A stretch of 47,089 nt of DNA from Candidatus Hodarchaeota archaeon. GTDB lineage: Archaea; Asgardarchaeota; Heimdallarchaeia; Hodarchaeales; Hodarchaeaceae. The stretch lies in contig JAHQWW010000020.1 of the NCBI GenBank assembly GCA_029856365.1, forward strand, positions 1 through 47,089. Direction: 5' to 3'. Under the pieces are notes generated by a model, which searched no databases, was not told the DNA's origin, and was given only the letters and a program-made list of their open reading frames with translations. This document shows positions 10,672 through 20,474 of this stretch, in pieces. A program made the translations under genes and the position numbers. Numbering within the stretch: position 1 is the first letter of the stretch; the number at the start of each line of letters is the position of its first letter.

Positions 10672-10917
10672 CTATAAGCGTTGTTTCTTGGAAGAGACTA
10701 GCATAATAGTTCCTGAAATTGATGTCGCGTTGAGTATCCCCATTAATAACAATAAGATCTCAAGTCTTACACCGGAACTACCCTCAAGAAAAAGACTTTG
10801 GAATAAAGCTAAAGAGAATAATAAAGCAAAAAAAAAGGAAATACCTGCTATCATCCATAAAATTGTCCCAAATGTTATAAAACCGTTATTACTATTACGT
10901 AGACTGAGTTGATCCAT
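10672..10917 (-). CDS. Small two-TM membrane protein
   Basis: Two hydrophobic segments and a GAGG RBS upstream. Confidence 0.45.
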   Translation of the reverse strand: MDQLSLRNSNNGFITFGTILWMIAGISFFFALLFSLALFQSLFLEGSSGVRLEILLLLMGILNATSISGTIMLVSSKKQRL

Positions 10918-11157
10918 TATTTTAACCTCAAAATAGATTCTATTAATAATTTACCTTTTTTACGACTTAAGAATTATAGTCACGTTCCATTGAAAAAGAT
11001 ACGCTACCTGTTTGTTCTCCAGCATTACCCCCTATTATCTTTTTCCTTTGCTGGAATTATCTAAACTGTTGACCATGAAATATAGCTTTTTGTCACAAGA
11101 GTTTGATGAAAAATCTTGTTTAAGGGAACTATAGAATTAAAGTGAAATGACCAAGAA

Positions 11158-11235
11158 TAGTTCATAAAATTCTTATAATGATCGAGGCGTTTTTTCTTTT
11201 ATGTCAGAAAAAGGCATAGAATTAATGATGAAATT
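11158..11235 (+). repeat. Copy 1 of a 78-bp direct repeat (promoter + first codons)
   Basis: Gapless match to 12531-12608 with 12 mismatches in 78 nt by manual alignment. Confidence 0.85.
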
Positions 11236-11599
11236 GATAAAAACCTTATTTCTTTCAGCTCTTCTTCCACTAATTATCATTCTATCTGGGTGTGTAGTGT
11301 TGAATGAATGTCCTCCAACATATGGTGTTGACATAGAAAAACTCGAAACAACTGATTCTATTTACATTAATGTAACGCGAAGTGAGTTGATCTCAGCTTC
11401 CACAATTGTTTCGCTATTAGATGAGTTGATCTCGAACGAGTCGTTAGACTCAATAATGATAGAACTGGATCGTCATGAATGGAATCAAACAGTAGAGTTA
11501 TTTGAACAATTATTTGATGAAGAGTTCAAGTATGATCCATGGGTAATTAGATATTATGAAAGGTTTTATCGGATTGAGTTTTGGATCATGGTTTGTTAG
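11201..11599 (+). CDS. Putative lipoprotein
   Basis: MMKLIKTLFLSALLPLIIILSGC: signal peptide with an LSGC lipobox. Confidence 0.6.
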   Translation: MSEKGIELMMKLIKTLFLSALLPLIIILSGCVVLNECPPTYGVDIEKLETTDSIYINVTRSELISASTIVSLLDELISNESLDSIMIELDRHEWNQTVELFEQLFDEEFKYDPWVIRYYERFYRIEFWIMVC

Positions 11600-11703
11600 G
11601 AGAGACTATGTGTAATAGTAGGTTTTTCCTGATAGATTTATTTTATATTTTCATGTCTTGTACTTCAGATATCCTTAGAAATTAGTTATTAATAGAGGAA
11701 ATT

Positions 11704-12420
11704 ATGATTTCTAATAATCGTGTTGAAACAACTCTTTTTTTACTTCAGTCTGTAGATGGGAAAATATCCACAGGGGATATAGATGAACGTGATCAGGAGG
11801 TAGATTTCCCTAAAATTAAAGGTATTAAAGAAGGTCTCTATCAATATTATGAGTTTTTATTAAAGACCGATAGACATGCTTTGATAACAGGAACTGTTTT
11901 GGCGAAGATTGGGGTCAATATTCGGAATGAGTTAGAGGATCATAAGGATGTTAACATGATTGTTATTGATAGAAAGCCTCATTTGACTAAGAAAGGAGTT
12001 AATAATTTACTTAAATCTTTTAATAAATTATTTCTGGTAACTAATAACAAAAATCATCCTGTTTTTGACTTAGAGAGTGAGAAAGAACTTGAAATAATTT
12101 ATTATCCAACTAATATTGATTTAAAAGATCTTTTAATAAAATTAAAACAGAATTATAACATCAATAGAGTTTCAATTCAATCGGGGGGGACATTAAATGC
12201 TTTATTTTTGAAACAAAAGCTGATAGATCACATTTCCCTAATTATTGCTCCTTGTTTAGTAGGGGGAAAAACTACTTCTACCTCAATTGACGGGAAAGCT
12301 CCTCGTACAATTGACGATTTATTAAATATTAAAGCTTTAACCCTTAAGAAATGTAAAACTCTAAAATACTCTTATTTACATCTTTATTATGATGTTATTA
12401 ACGATACAAGGCTTGATTAA
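11704..12420 (+). CDS. RibD C-terminal / dihydrofolate-reductase-like reductase
   Basis: QSVDGKIS and IQSGGTLNALFLKQKLIDHISLIIAPCLVGG. Confidence 0.85.
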   Translation: MISNNRVETTLFLLQSVDGKISTGDIDERDQEVDFPKIKGIKEGLYQYYEFLLKTDRHALITGTVLAKIGVNIRNELEDHKDVNMIVIDRKPHLTKKGVNNLLKSFNKLFLVTNNKNHPVFDLESEKELEIIYYPTNIDLKDLLIKLKQNYNINRVSIQSGGTLNALFLKQKLIDHISLIIAPCLVGGKTTSTSIDGKAPRTIDDLLNIKALTLKKCKTLKYSYLHLYYDVINDTRLD

Positions 12421-12530
12421 TCATTTATGCATTGATTTTCTAGCGTGTCTATTATCCCATTCCCAGATGTGTGATCCAAGCATTAAGAATAACTGTGTTT
12501 TGTATGGAATAATAGAAAGAGAAAAATAAT

Positions 12531-12608
12531 TAGATCATAAAATTCTTATAATTAATGATGTACTTTTTCTTTTATGTCAAAAAAAGCCATAGAATTAATG
12601 ATACAATT
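12531..12608 (+). repeat. Copy 2 of a 78-bp direct repeat (promoter + first codons)
   Basis: See copy 1. Encodes MSKKAIELM versus MSEKGIELM. Confidence 0.85.
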
Positions 12609-13557
12609 TTCAGATGACACTGGATTAACATCAAATAAACCCCAAAGGAGATATCTTTGGACCGATGGGTTCGCAGTCTGTAATTTATTGGGATTATACC
12701 AAATGACGAGGGAAAATAAGTTCAAAAACTTGGCTTTACGGTTAATTAACCAAGTTCACAAGACATTAGGCAAACATAGAGATGATGATGAAAGATCAGG
12801 GTGGTTGGGAAGCAAGGATCATCCAACAGAGAAGGGATTGAGAATAGGAAAACCTTTACCAGAGAGGAAGCCACATGAACCTTTTGATCCAAACCTCGAA
12901 TGGGATCGCGATGGCCAGTATTTCCATTATCTAACTAAGTGGATGCACGCTCTAAATAGGGGTTATCAAGTCGTTAAAGAAGAAAAATATCTCAGTTGGG
13001 CAGTAGATCTTGCAGAGGCTTCAACATTCTTCATTAGTAATAATAGGATGTTCTGGAAAATGAGTATTGACCTTTCTTATCCTCTCGTTCCCTCGATGGG
13101 GCAACATGATCCCGTTGATGGTTATGTCACCTTCCTAGAATTACAAACATTCACTGATGTAGATTTAGGAGGAACGCTAAAAAAATTAGAAAAATTGATA
13201 CAACAAGTTAATCTCATAACAACTGATCCTCTCGGTATTGGAGGGCTATTGTTTGATGCATATCGACTTAAACAGATGGATATAGATCCTGAAAAGAGAC
13301 AGATAATCATTAATGCCGCACAAAAAGGACTCGAATATTGTCGATTATCACATGATTTAGCATTTAGAGAACTTGGCTTAGCAATTGGAATACAAGCTGC
13401 AAAAAAAATGCTAGTTTTAAAGGAGTATTGGTCATTAATAGATGAAATTAATAATTATTGGCTTCAGAATAGTGATTGGACTGAACACAAGGATATTAAT
13501 AGGGTAATGTTAGCAACAAGCTTAGCACCAGATGGGTTTCTATCAATTTCAGAATAA
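12574..13557 (+). CDS. Conserved hypothetical protein, six-hairpin glycosidase-like (alpha/alpha barrel)
   Basis: RRYLWTDGFAVCN, GLRIGKPLPER, EWDRDGQYFHYLTKWMHAL, SMGQHDP, LAFRELGLAIG and HKDINRVMLATSL are motifs of a widespread uncharacterised family. Confidence 0.7.
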   Translation: MSKKAIELMIQFSDDTGLTSNKPQRRYLWTDGFAVCNLLGLYQMTRENKFKNLALRLINQVHKTLGKHRDDDERSGWLGSKDHPTEKGLRIGKPLPERKPHEPFDPNLEWDRDGQYFHYLTKWMHALNRGYQVVKEEKYLSWAVDLAEASTFFISNNRMFWKMSIDLSYPLVPSMGQHDPVDGYVTFLELQTFTDVDLGGTLKKLEKLIQQVNLITTDPLGIGGLLFDAYRLKQMDIDPEKRQIIINAAQKGLEYCRLSHDLAFRELGLAIGIQAAKKMLVLKEYWSLIDEINNYWLQNSDWTEHKDINRVMLATSLAPDGFLSISE

Positions 13558-13739
13558 TAATATGGGAAATGGGTGCATTCTACCCACTCATGGGAACTAG
13601 ATAGGTTAATAATAATTAATGATGGGGTCAAGGCAGATAAAATAATTCCTACAGAGAACCAGAGCGTTATTCCCCACCTCTGGAGTTAATCGGAGAGAAA
13701 ATATGAGATTGTAATTTCCATTCTTAAGTAATTTTATTC

Positions 13740-14645
13740 TTAATTGTCAGAAGTGTTTGATGTTCCATTAAGATATAATTGGGAGCCCACTCGAGCATCT
13801 CCAAAATAATCCGGATAATTAAATAGTATAAAATCCCTTATATCGTCACCACTGCAGTGTATCGGGTATATCTTTTGTAGCCCAAGTTTGAGAAGACTCT
13901 CAACTGTATTGCTAATGGTCCTTTCAGAAGCGGTTGCTAAGTGAAAGCCTCCAATCACCAAGTAAGGATCATAAGCATCTAACTCTTTTACTGCCTTAGT
14001 TACAATGTTTTCAACCCCAGGATGGCTACATCCAACAACAACTACCAAACCAAAATTTTTAACGTTAACTGCTAATGCTTGTTCGTATGGTGGTCCATTG
14101 AGCTGCCCAATTATTGCTATTCCTGGAAAAATGACTGTTGTGGCCTGATATTTCTTCACATCAAATCCTAGATTCGTTATCCTTTCTTCGCTTGATTGGG
14201 TCATATTCTCTGGAATACACACAGTTAAGTTTGGATTAGTCGTAGCTATGTAGGAAAAACCATCAATGTGATCCCCATGTTCATGGGATACCACTGCTAA
14301 ATCACAGGTAACGCTCAAATTTATACCCAAAGTTATTGAATTTTCCTTTAATGCTATTGGACTTGGCCCAGCATCAAATAAGATACTCACATTTTTTGTC
14401 TCAATAAACACACTTAAACCCCAAGGAGAGTGAAGTGAGACATTAGAATTGTTGTCAACTAAAACAGTAAGCTTAATATAATCAACATGACCCATCTCTA
14501 ACGGTTTAGGTGAATTTATACTGACTAATTGCTGAAATAAGACAACTGATACAAATATAACCGAAATTAAAATAAGAGAACCGATAATCTTTGAATTCCT
14601 CATTATAAACTTCTCCAGTTCAAATATGTTAAATGGCCTGATCAT
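13740..14645 (-). CDS. MBL-fold metallo-hydrolase (COG1237-like) with N-terminal membrane anchor
   Basis: WGLSVFI, ILFDAG, SHEHGDHIDG, VVGCSHPG, IGGFHL and PIHCSG. Confidence 0.88.
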   Translation of the reverse strand: MIRPFNIFELEKFIMRNSKIIGSLILISVIFVSVVLFQQLVSINSPKPLEMGHVDYIKLTVLVDNNSNVSLHSPWGLSVFIETKNVSILFDAGPSPIALKENSITLGINLSVTCDLAVVSHEHGDHIDGFSYIATTNPNLTVCIPENMTQSSEERITNLGFDVKKYQATTVIFPGIAIIGQLNGPPYEQALAVNVKNFGLVVVVGCSHPGVENIVTKAVKELDAYDPYLVIGGFHLATASERTISNTVESLLKLGLQKIYPIHCSGDDIRDFILFNYPDYFGDARVGSQLYLNGTSNTSDN

Positions 14646-15225
14646 ACTTTCTCAATATATCAGTCCTTGCTATCTATCACTATTCATGGATTCACAAGTT
14701 TTATGTCTTCATTACCAACAAAAGCTACTAAAAATTATTCCAAAGAGGGACAGAACCAAAGATTTAGGGGATATCTTTTAGATTTAGATCGATGCAAAAT
14801 ATCCTCTTTTTATCCATTTATTTTACGAAGCCATTCATATTTTGATTTCAAAGCATAATTTTCTGCTATTTGACAGATAATAAGTAATTAATACCTTCAT
14901 TAACTTTAACCGAACCGATGTGAAATTATCTTTCCAAATTATCAGATTAATTAGAATAACCATAATTTAATTAGTAAATCATCAACAACTTACTTTTTTC
15001 AATTAGTTAGATCTTAGAACAAAAAATAAAAAAATCTCAGGAAATAAGAAATGAAAGGGATTTTGGGATTATGAGTTCTTTAATAACTCCATTAATAGAA
15101 TCTAACCGTTCTAATGCTGCATTAGCTTTTTGGGTCTTTACATCTATTACTTTTTTATTGAGTTTCAAAAAAGTTCCTGATTTTTCTTCAATAACAACAC
15201 GGTAATCGATAGAGGTAACAAAGGA

Positions 15226-15483
15226 ATTGTGGTTGTCACTTATAATGGGGGCACTAGTCTGTCAGATATAAAAATATACATTAATTGTTTTGAAAGTTCT
15301 AATGATTTGTCGAGTGGGTCTTATTCAGGTATGTCTGATACCAATGCTAATCTTTACGTTGGAAGAAGAGGTGACACAAGTAACTATCAATTTGATTGAA
15401 AAATTGACAATGTGCGGTTCTTCAATGAGGAATTGTCCGCTTCCGAAGTTCTTCTCTTGTATGATATCGATACTTTGACCTAA
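15226..15483 (+). pseudogene. LamG/concanavalin A-like lectin domain relic
   Basis: Manual translation IVVVTYNGGTSLSDIKIYINCFE...NLYVGRRGDTSNYQFD*KIDNVRFFNEELSASEVLLLY. This matches the LamG-like C-terminal pattern (FxGxIDxVRxxNxxLSxxEV). TGA at 15397-15399 replaces the conserved Gly. No 5' part is present. Confidence 0.7.
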
Positions 15484-15599
15484 TCAATGGTAACTTCATG
15501 GTCTATTGCTTGACAGGCTGTTCCAAAGACGAGGTGTTCCAGATCAAACAAGGTTGCCTCTGTATTACCCGCGACTTCACCCTGCAAGGTGTGGGCGCG

Positions 15600-16008
15600 T
15601 GTCATCCTCCCTAACCACCCTTTCTTCCCCTTCTCTAACTCTCCTATCAATACTCAAAAAGTCATCGAAAATATACTCTGGCAAACTGTTTCCAGCTGAA
15701 TCCTATTTAAAATCTCAGAATCAACAGATAATGTTTCTTTCTGATCGAGCTCCACCTCAGAATGATGATTACCGATACTACCAAGAAAAAGAGGAAATTA
15801 GTTGCACAATGGATGATCGAGAAGAATTATACCGAACGACGCTAGCAAATAGTGAGTACTTGAAAATGGTGCAACTAGCCAATTTGAAAGAAATAAGTAC
15901 CCGTCAAAAATTATTTATAATTGAAAATAGTGATCATTAGTAACCTGAAAGAAGTACAGTTATCCAAGTGACCAAATAACCAGACTATTAGAAAAATTAG
16001 GTCTTTAG
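15600..16008 (+). pseudogene. Possible heavily decayed DDE transposase C-terminal relic
   Basis: Fragments across frames: SNSPINTQKVI / IYSGKLFPAESYLKSQ (YREK-like spacing) / LKMVQLANLKE / DQITRLLEKLGL*. Confidence 0.25.
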
Positions 16009-16054
16009 GTATCTGGAATGAAGACTTTAATCATTAAAAATAGCCTATCTTGGG

Positions 16055-17173
16055 ATGAGATCAATGCAGAAAAGCACTGAATCAAGAAATAAGACACCAA
16101 CAGAAGGTAGAACAGAAATCCCTCCAATAAATGTTCGTTCACTCGTTTTAGCGATTATGTTGTCGCTCATCTTTTCGCTAGGGGGATTATTTTTGATGGT
16201 GATAGTCCCTCAGGAATTAAATCGCTTTTTAGAAAATTACATCTCTGATCCATGGTATACTGATTCATCTGAGGAAGAACTCCAAGTACGGGCACAATAT
16301 GAGTCAGTGGTAGCTTTTCTTAGGCCCATAGGGTACCTTTCGTTCTGGTTAATGATTTCAATAATAATCCTTGGAGTAATCATTGAGCGGTACAAGCTGA
16401 GCTTTTTAGGATCATTAACCTTCTACCTTCCAATTTTTGGTCAATTTGCTGTAATGATGGGCCCTCAATATTTCTTTGCAGGCATTGGCGTGTCACGAAC
16501 CCTTTGGCTACCTGTTCTGGAGCAAGCCCCCGAACTCTTGAATCTAGGCGTGATATTTTACGTTCCACTATTGGTGATATTTTTACTGATTGTTCCTCCT
16601 CTTTTTTTCTTAATGAGTATTCTAGCTAAATCACTCTTGATACCTCCCCCGATAGGGAATGTATTGATTTATATGTTCCTTCTTTTTATTAGTGGAATAG
16701 GTTTTTTCATTTTTACATTTGCGGTGGTGACGTGGTTATATGGACGTTTTCAAGGCCGGAAGGTCATAGATTTTTGGATTTATCGTTATTCAAGACATCC
16801 ACAATATTTAGGCCTTATTATCTGGAACTATGGCCTGTTAATGTTATCATCATTTTCATTAATTTCCCATAGTGGCCTCTTCCCCCCCACCTTCCCTTTC
16901 CTCGTATTGTCTTTGGTAATCATTGGGATGGCTCTGAATGAAGAGAATACAATGATTCGACAACATACTGAGGAATATATTCCTTGGCGCGAGCGAACAT
17001 CTTTCCTAGTTCCTTTACCTCGAAGAATCAAATCATTTATTACATATCCTATGAGAAAGTTGATAAAAAAGGAGTGGCCTGAGAATAATAAAGACATTGT
17101 CGTGGTTCTACTAATTTATGGGGGTATTGTGGTCTTGTTGTCGGTTCCCCTTGTGAATTATTTCATCTGGTAG
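16055..17173 (+). CDS. Polytopic membrane protein, isoprenylcysteine carboxyl methyltransferase / DUF1295 family
   Basis: Multiple TMs, IYRYSRHPQYLG and EENTM...Y..W..RT..LVP. Confidence 0.8.
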   Translation: MRSMQKSTESRNKTPTEGRTEIPPINVRSLVLAIMLSLIFSLGGLFLMVIVPQELNRFLENYISDPWYTDSSEEELQVRAQYESVVAFLRPIGYLSFWLMISIIILGVIIERYKLSFLGSLTFYLPIFGQFAVMMGPQYFFAGIGVSRTLWLPVLEQAPELLNLGVIFYVPLLVIFLLIVPPLFFLMSILAKSLLIPPPIGNVLIYMFLLFISGIGFFIFTFAVVTWLYGRFQGRKVIDFWIYRYSRHPQYLGLIIWNYGLLMLSSFSLISHSGLFPPTFPFLVLSLVIIGMALNEENTMIRQHTEEYIPWRERTSFLVPLPRRIKSFITYPMRKLIKKEWPENNKDIVVVLLIYGGIVVLLSVPLVNYFIW

Positions 17174-17445
17174 TAGTGAAAACTTGGAGAGTTTGAGTGA
17201 TACTTCGAATGCCAATGCTCGTTTACGAATCCCAACGATTCCGCAGCAAACGCCCCCGAGTCCATAAATATTGGCTGACATTGTAAAATTTGTTTTAACA
17301 AAAAATCATCCCTCCGGATTAACCCTGACTCGAAGAATGAGAGTACCGATAAAAACACGGACTCCTTGAACCTCCACAAGGCGAATGGGGCCTCTTGCCA
17401 TTCAGGGTAGAATGGCAGGAAATGTTTGAAATAGAGCTGAAACAC
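17158..17445 (-). pseudogene. 3'-truncated tRNA-guanine transglycosylase (TGT/DpdA)-like gene
   Basis: IFMDSGAFAA resembles the DSG(G/A)F motif of TGT-fold enzymes. The ORF ends ~25 codons later, overlapping a convergent gene. Confidence 0.5.
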
Positions 17446-17716
17446 ATCTGATCAACTGGTGGTTTTGACTCCATACAGTGACCCAATGGTTCTCTCTCGC
17501 TTTTAAATTACCCCAAGACAGAGTGACTTTTTTTGAGTTTGAGAACCCCAATTCACTGGAAAGGGTGGCTTTTGAAGCACATTCCTCATCCCTCTTACTC
17601 TATGGTCACGAGAGAATTCCCACTTTAAAAAATGTGAACCAATCCCGATTTTATTCGATTTTTCGGAATGTTGTCAGATATTCTCGGTTGACTGTAATCT
17701 TATTTCGCAAATACTC

Positions 17717-18040
17717 CTACTCTATCTTATGTTTTTGAATGTCCGTTTCTAGCTTGGCAATCTCCTTTTCCCGTTGTTGATACTCCTCCATACCCGCTAA
17801 CTCTTCCCTCACCGCTGCACTTCGCATTGTTTCGTTGGTGAACTTCTTTTTCCCGAAAGCATCTAGTACTTCAAACACCTCGCGTGTCACCTGATCCATG
17901 ATGACCTGTTGTTCCCTCTGTAACCCTTCCACCGTTGAGATCGCCTCTAGCGTTGTCAGCTGTATAATCTTTAACTGTTCAATGTCCTTCATTATTCTGG
18001 TGTATAACTCTTCTTGTGCAGTCTTTTCCCCTTCTGCCAT
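17717..18040 (-). CDS. Small coiled-coil protein
   Basis: Glu/Gln/Lys-rich helical heptads and a GAGG RBS upstream. Confidence 0.65.
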   Translation of the reverse strand: MAEGEKTAQEELYTRIMKDIEQLKIIQLTTLEAISTVEGLQREQQVIMDQVTREVFEVLDAFGKKKFTNETMRSAAVREELAGMEEYQQREKEIAKLETDIQKHKIE

Positions 18041-18159
18041 TCGCTCTTTTCCTCTCCATTTTTCTTTTCTATGGCAAGTCCACTGATGTCCTTATGATGA
18101 TTTCCTCTTTGTGTTTAAAGAATAGATCAGATCCCCTATCTCTGTATTCTCCCTGTTTA

Positions 18160-19047
18160 TTATTTATGACTCATATCATTATAGATTGAGGGTGATAATG
18201 ACGTGGATTGACCAGGAGATTTGTGATCGGGGCTATCACTATCGGGAATATGCCCCAGTTTGGGGTATTTCGATCGAGTGTTCTCTTTCCACTTCCTAGA
18301 TAGATTTATCAGGAGCATTATTATGAAATAATATAGTTCTGCCCAGACTAACGCACCTATAAGGGCAAGAAGCATATTCCCACCTGTACGGAAGGTGAAT
18401 TCCACAAAAAGGCAGACGAATCCAAATACCATCCAATACATCAGGAAATCTGGAACCCATCCGTTGCGTACCATCGCATAAAACACTGTTTCAAAGTCCG
18501 TTCCATTAGGGATGATCACACTGAGCACCAATGAAAAGTACAAGTGAATAAAATAGCTAATAGCTGGATTAGCTTGAAGAAGAAACGGGAATATTAGTAT
18601 ATAGCCTATCAAGAACATGGCGAATGGTTTCCACGAAGCCATAGAAACTCGAATGTAGTCATCTAACCGAGTAGAAGAAAAATAGACATTTGAGCCATCC
18701 AGTTGTGAGTCCAATTCTAGACGGCAATATACTCCTAACTCAATCCGATCTACTTTGTTATCTGATGATTTACTAAGATAAGTCTGTTCATATGCTTGTT
18801 CCTCTTTTTGATCATTTTCTAATCCTCGGGCAGTATTTACCCGTATTATAAATCGTGATCTTTTAAAAGGACGTGTTAGGGCAGCAGCAATCCGACTAAG
18901 GAAAGGGATCAGATAGGAAAGAAGTCGTAACACAAAAAGGTTCACTAATACAAAAAGAATTGTTATTAGAGGATCGCTTATGTCAAATAAATTACAATAC
19001 CAGATAAAAATGAGGAACAGATCTGAGAGAAGTTCGAACAGGATCAT
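18160..19047 (-). CDS. Multi-pass membrane protein, hypothetical
   Basis: About six hydrophobic segments. The PNGTD motif is reminiscent of the PSxxD of DUF3267/M50-like proteins, but there is no HExxH. Confidence 0.7.
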   Translation of the reverse strand: MILFELLSDLFLIFIWYCNLFDISDPLITILFVLVNLFVLRLLSYLIPFLSRIAAALTRPFKRSRFIIRVNTARGLENDQKEEQAYEQTYLSKSSDNKVDRIELGVYCRLELDSQLDGSNVYFSSTRLDDYIRVSMASWKPFAMFLIGYILIFPFLLQANPAISYFIHLYFSLVLSVIIPNGTDFETVFYAMVRNGWVPDFLMYWMVFGFVCLFVEFTFRTGGNMLLALIGALVWAELYYFIIMLLINLSRKWKENTRSKYPKLGHIPDSDSPDHKSPGQSTSLSPSIYNDMSHK

Positions 19048-19113
19048 GGAGTTTCATCCATAAAACTATTAGGATCCTTCACTTAAATATACAGAATTAC
19101 TTTCTTTGATTTC

Positions 19114-19124
19114 AAATATATAAG
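19114..19124 (+). promoter_or_regulatory. TATA-box candidate for the Vps4-like gene
   Basis: AAATATATAAG lies ~25-30 nt upstream of ATG 19148 (leaderless spacing). A similar TATATAAG at 20437-20444 precedes ATG 20475. Confidence 0.4.
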
Positions 19125-19147
19125 AGGTATATACAAATCAGAATCAG

Positions 19148-20425
19148 ATGATCAGAATGAGTACATCAAATCAACCCCCTTCTACTATAATGACAGCACA
19201 TAGCTATTTTATGAAAGCAGAAGGAGAGCTTGATGCTAATAATATATTTGGGGCATTAGATTATTATAAGAAAGCGTCTGATCTCTTCACTACTGAATTA
19301 CAACACTCACCACAATTTCCTAACAAAGAAATCTGGGAAAAAGAGTTGGCCTTGATAGATCGTAAAATGAAAACGATTCAGCCCATACATTCCCTCTCCA
19401 CTTCAGAATCATCATCCTACTCATTTCATCCTTCAATGTATGAGGAGCTCATTCTAAGTATGCGCCATGTTTATCCAAAAACAGGAGTATGGAATCCAAA
19501 TATCATTGGGTTAGACTCTGTCAAACAGCTTCTTGATAGACTTTTGATACCATATACTCGGGAGGAGATATGGGAAGTAGATGAAAAACCACCTTTGAAG
19601 GCGTTATTATTTGGTGCTCCAGGATGTGGGAAAACACATCTGATAAAAGGTTTTGGGGAAAAAACAGGGTTACCCCTCTACGATATAGTTCCAGCGAAGG
19701 TGATCAGTAAATATATCGGTGAGAGTGAGAAAATTTTAACCTCCTTATTTAAAAAAGCTTATCTAGAGGAATCTGGGTGTATCTTGTTTTTTGATGAGTT
19801 TGATGCCCTTGTCGGTTCGACTCGTACGGATTCAGAGGCATTGGTACGGGTGAAGAAAGGATTATTAACCCTTATTGACGGATTTGACGTCCCAACCAAG
19901 AATAAAACCATTATTATCGCTCTTACCAATCGGCCAGATCTTTTAGGAGGTGCTATGATGAGACGGTTTGACTTACGGATTTATGTTCCTCCACCAGATT
20001 ATGATACGATCTATAACCTCCTAGAACATCTGTTAGGAAAATTGGGAATTGCTATTGATTTTACCTCACGAGAATGGCATCAGATCATTACTTCCTTTTT
20101 GGGATTCACTTTTAGTGAAATCTCGACCATTGTCCGAAGTCTGATCTGGAAATATTATGATAATTTTGTTGGGAGGAATTCGGCTGAAATTTTTCTTCGG
20201 CATAAACTGAAAGAGGCTATTGCTCAATTCACTCCCTATTTTGCGAATTTTGATTCGTTGGAACCTGCTACTTTTCGCTTTCTAGATCAAGCATATGGAT
20301 TTCCCCGAAGTAACCTCTCCCGATACTCATGGGAAACAAAATTAATGCAACTTAAACATAAACTAATACAATCCCATCCTAATCCCAATATTATTTACCG
20401 AAGAAAGCACAATAACCAACTTTGA
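19148..20425 (+). CDS. Vps4/CdvC-like AAA+ ATPase with N-terminal MIT domain
   Basis: MIT-like three-helix AHSYFMKAEGELDANNIFGALDYYKKASDLF. IIGLDSVK, Walker A GAPGCGKT, pore loop SKYIGESEK, Walker B ILFFDEFDAL and SRH TNRPDLLGGAMMRRFDLRIYVPPPD. Confidence 0.85.
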   Translation: MIRMSTSNQPPSTIMTAHSYFMKAEGELDANNIFGALDYYKKASDLFTTELQHSPQFPNKEIWEKELALIDRKMKTIQPIHSLSTSESSSYSFHPSMYEELILSMRHVYPKTGVWNPNIIGLDSVKQLLDRLLIPYTREEIWEVDEKPPLKALLFGAPGCGKTHLIKGFGEKTGLPLYDIVPAKVISKYIGESEKILTSLFKKAYLEESGCILFFDEFDALVGSTRTDSEALVRVKKGLLTLIDGFDVPTKNKTIIIALTNRPDLLGGAMMRRFDLRIYVPPPDYDTIYNLLEHLLGKLGIAIDFTSREWHQIITSFLGFTFSEISTIVRSLIWKYYDNFVGRNSAEIFLRHKLKEAIAQFTPYFANFDSLEPATFRFLDQAYGFPRSNLSRYSWETKLMQLKHKLIQSHPNPNIIYRRKHNNQL

Positions 20426-20474
20426 CATTTTTAGAGTATATAAGGTACTGGAGGCATATATAGAATAGAAAACG

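Noticed and set aside
13560-13730. Minus-strand hydrophobic fragment (LQRWGITLWFSVGIILSALTPSLIII)
   Set aside because: It may be a gene relic, but it is too short and interrupted to call.
15397-15399. In-frame TGA as selenocysteine or recoded stop
   Set aside because: It falls at a conserved Gly of the LamG motif (GGA>TGA) in a fragment lacking its 5' end, and TGA terminates many intact genes here.
15506-15940. 144-aa ORF as a real gene
   Set aside because: It reads as a mosaic of frames from decayed sequence, with no RBS or coherent domain.
17478-17738. 86-aa + strand ORF
   Set aside because: It overlaps a convergent gene and has no RBS or recognisable features. It is probably intergenic.
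17717-18040. Coiled-coil protein as an ESCRT-III/Snf7 or WXG100 homolog
   Set aside because: It is too short for Snf7, lacks the basic-N/acidic-C polarity and has no WxG motif. It cannot be supported without structure comparison.
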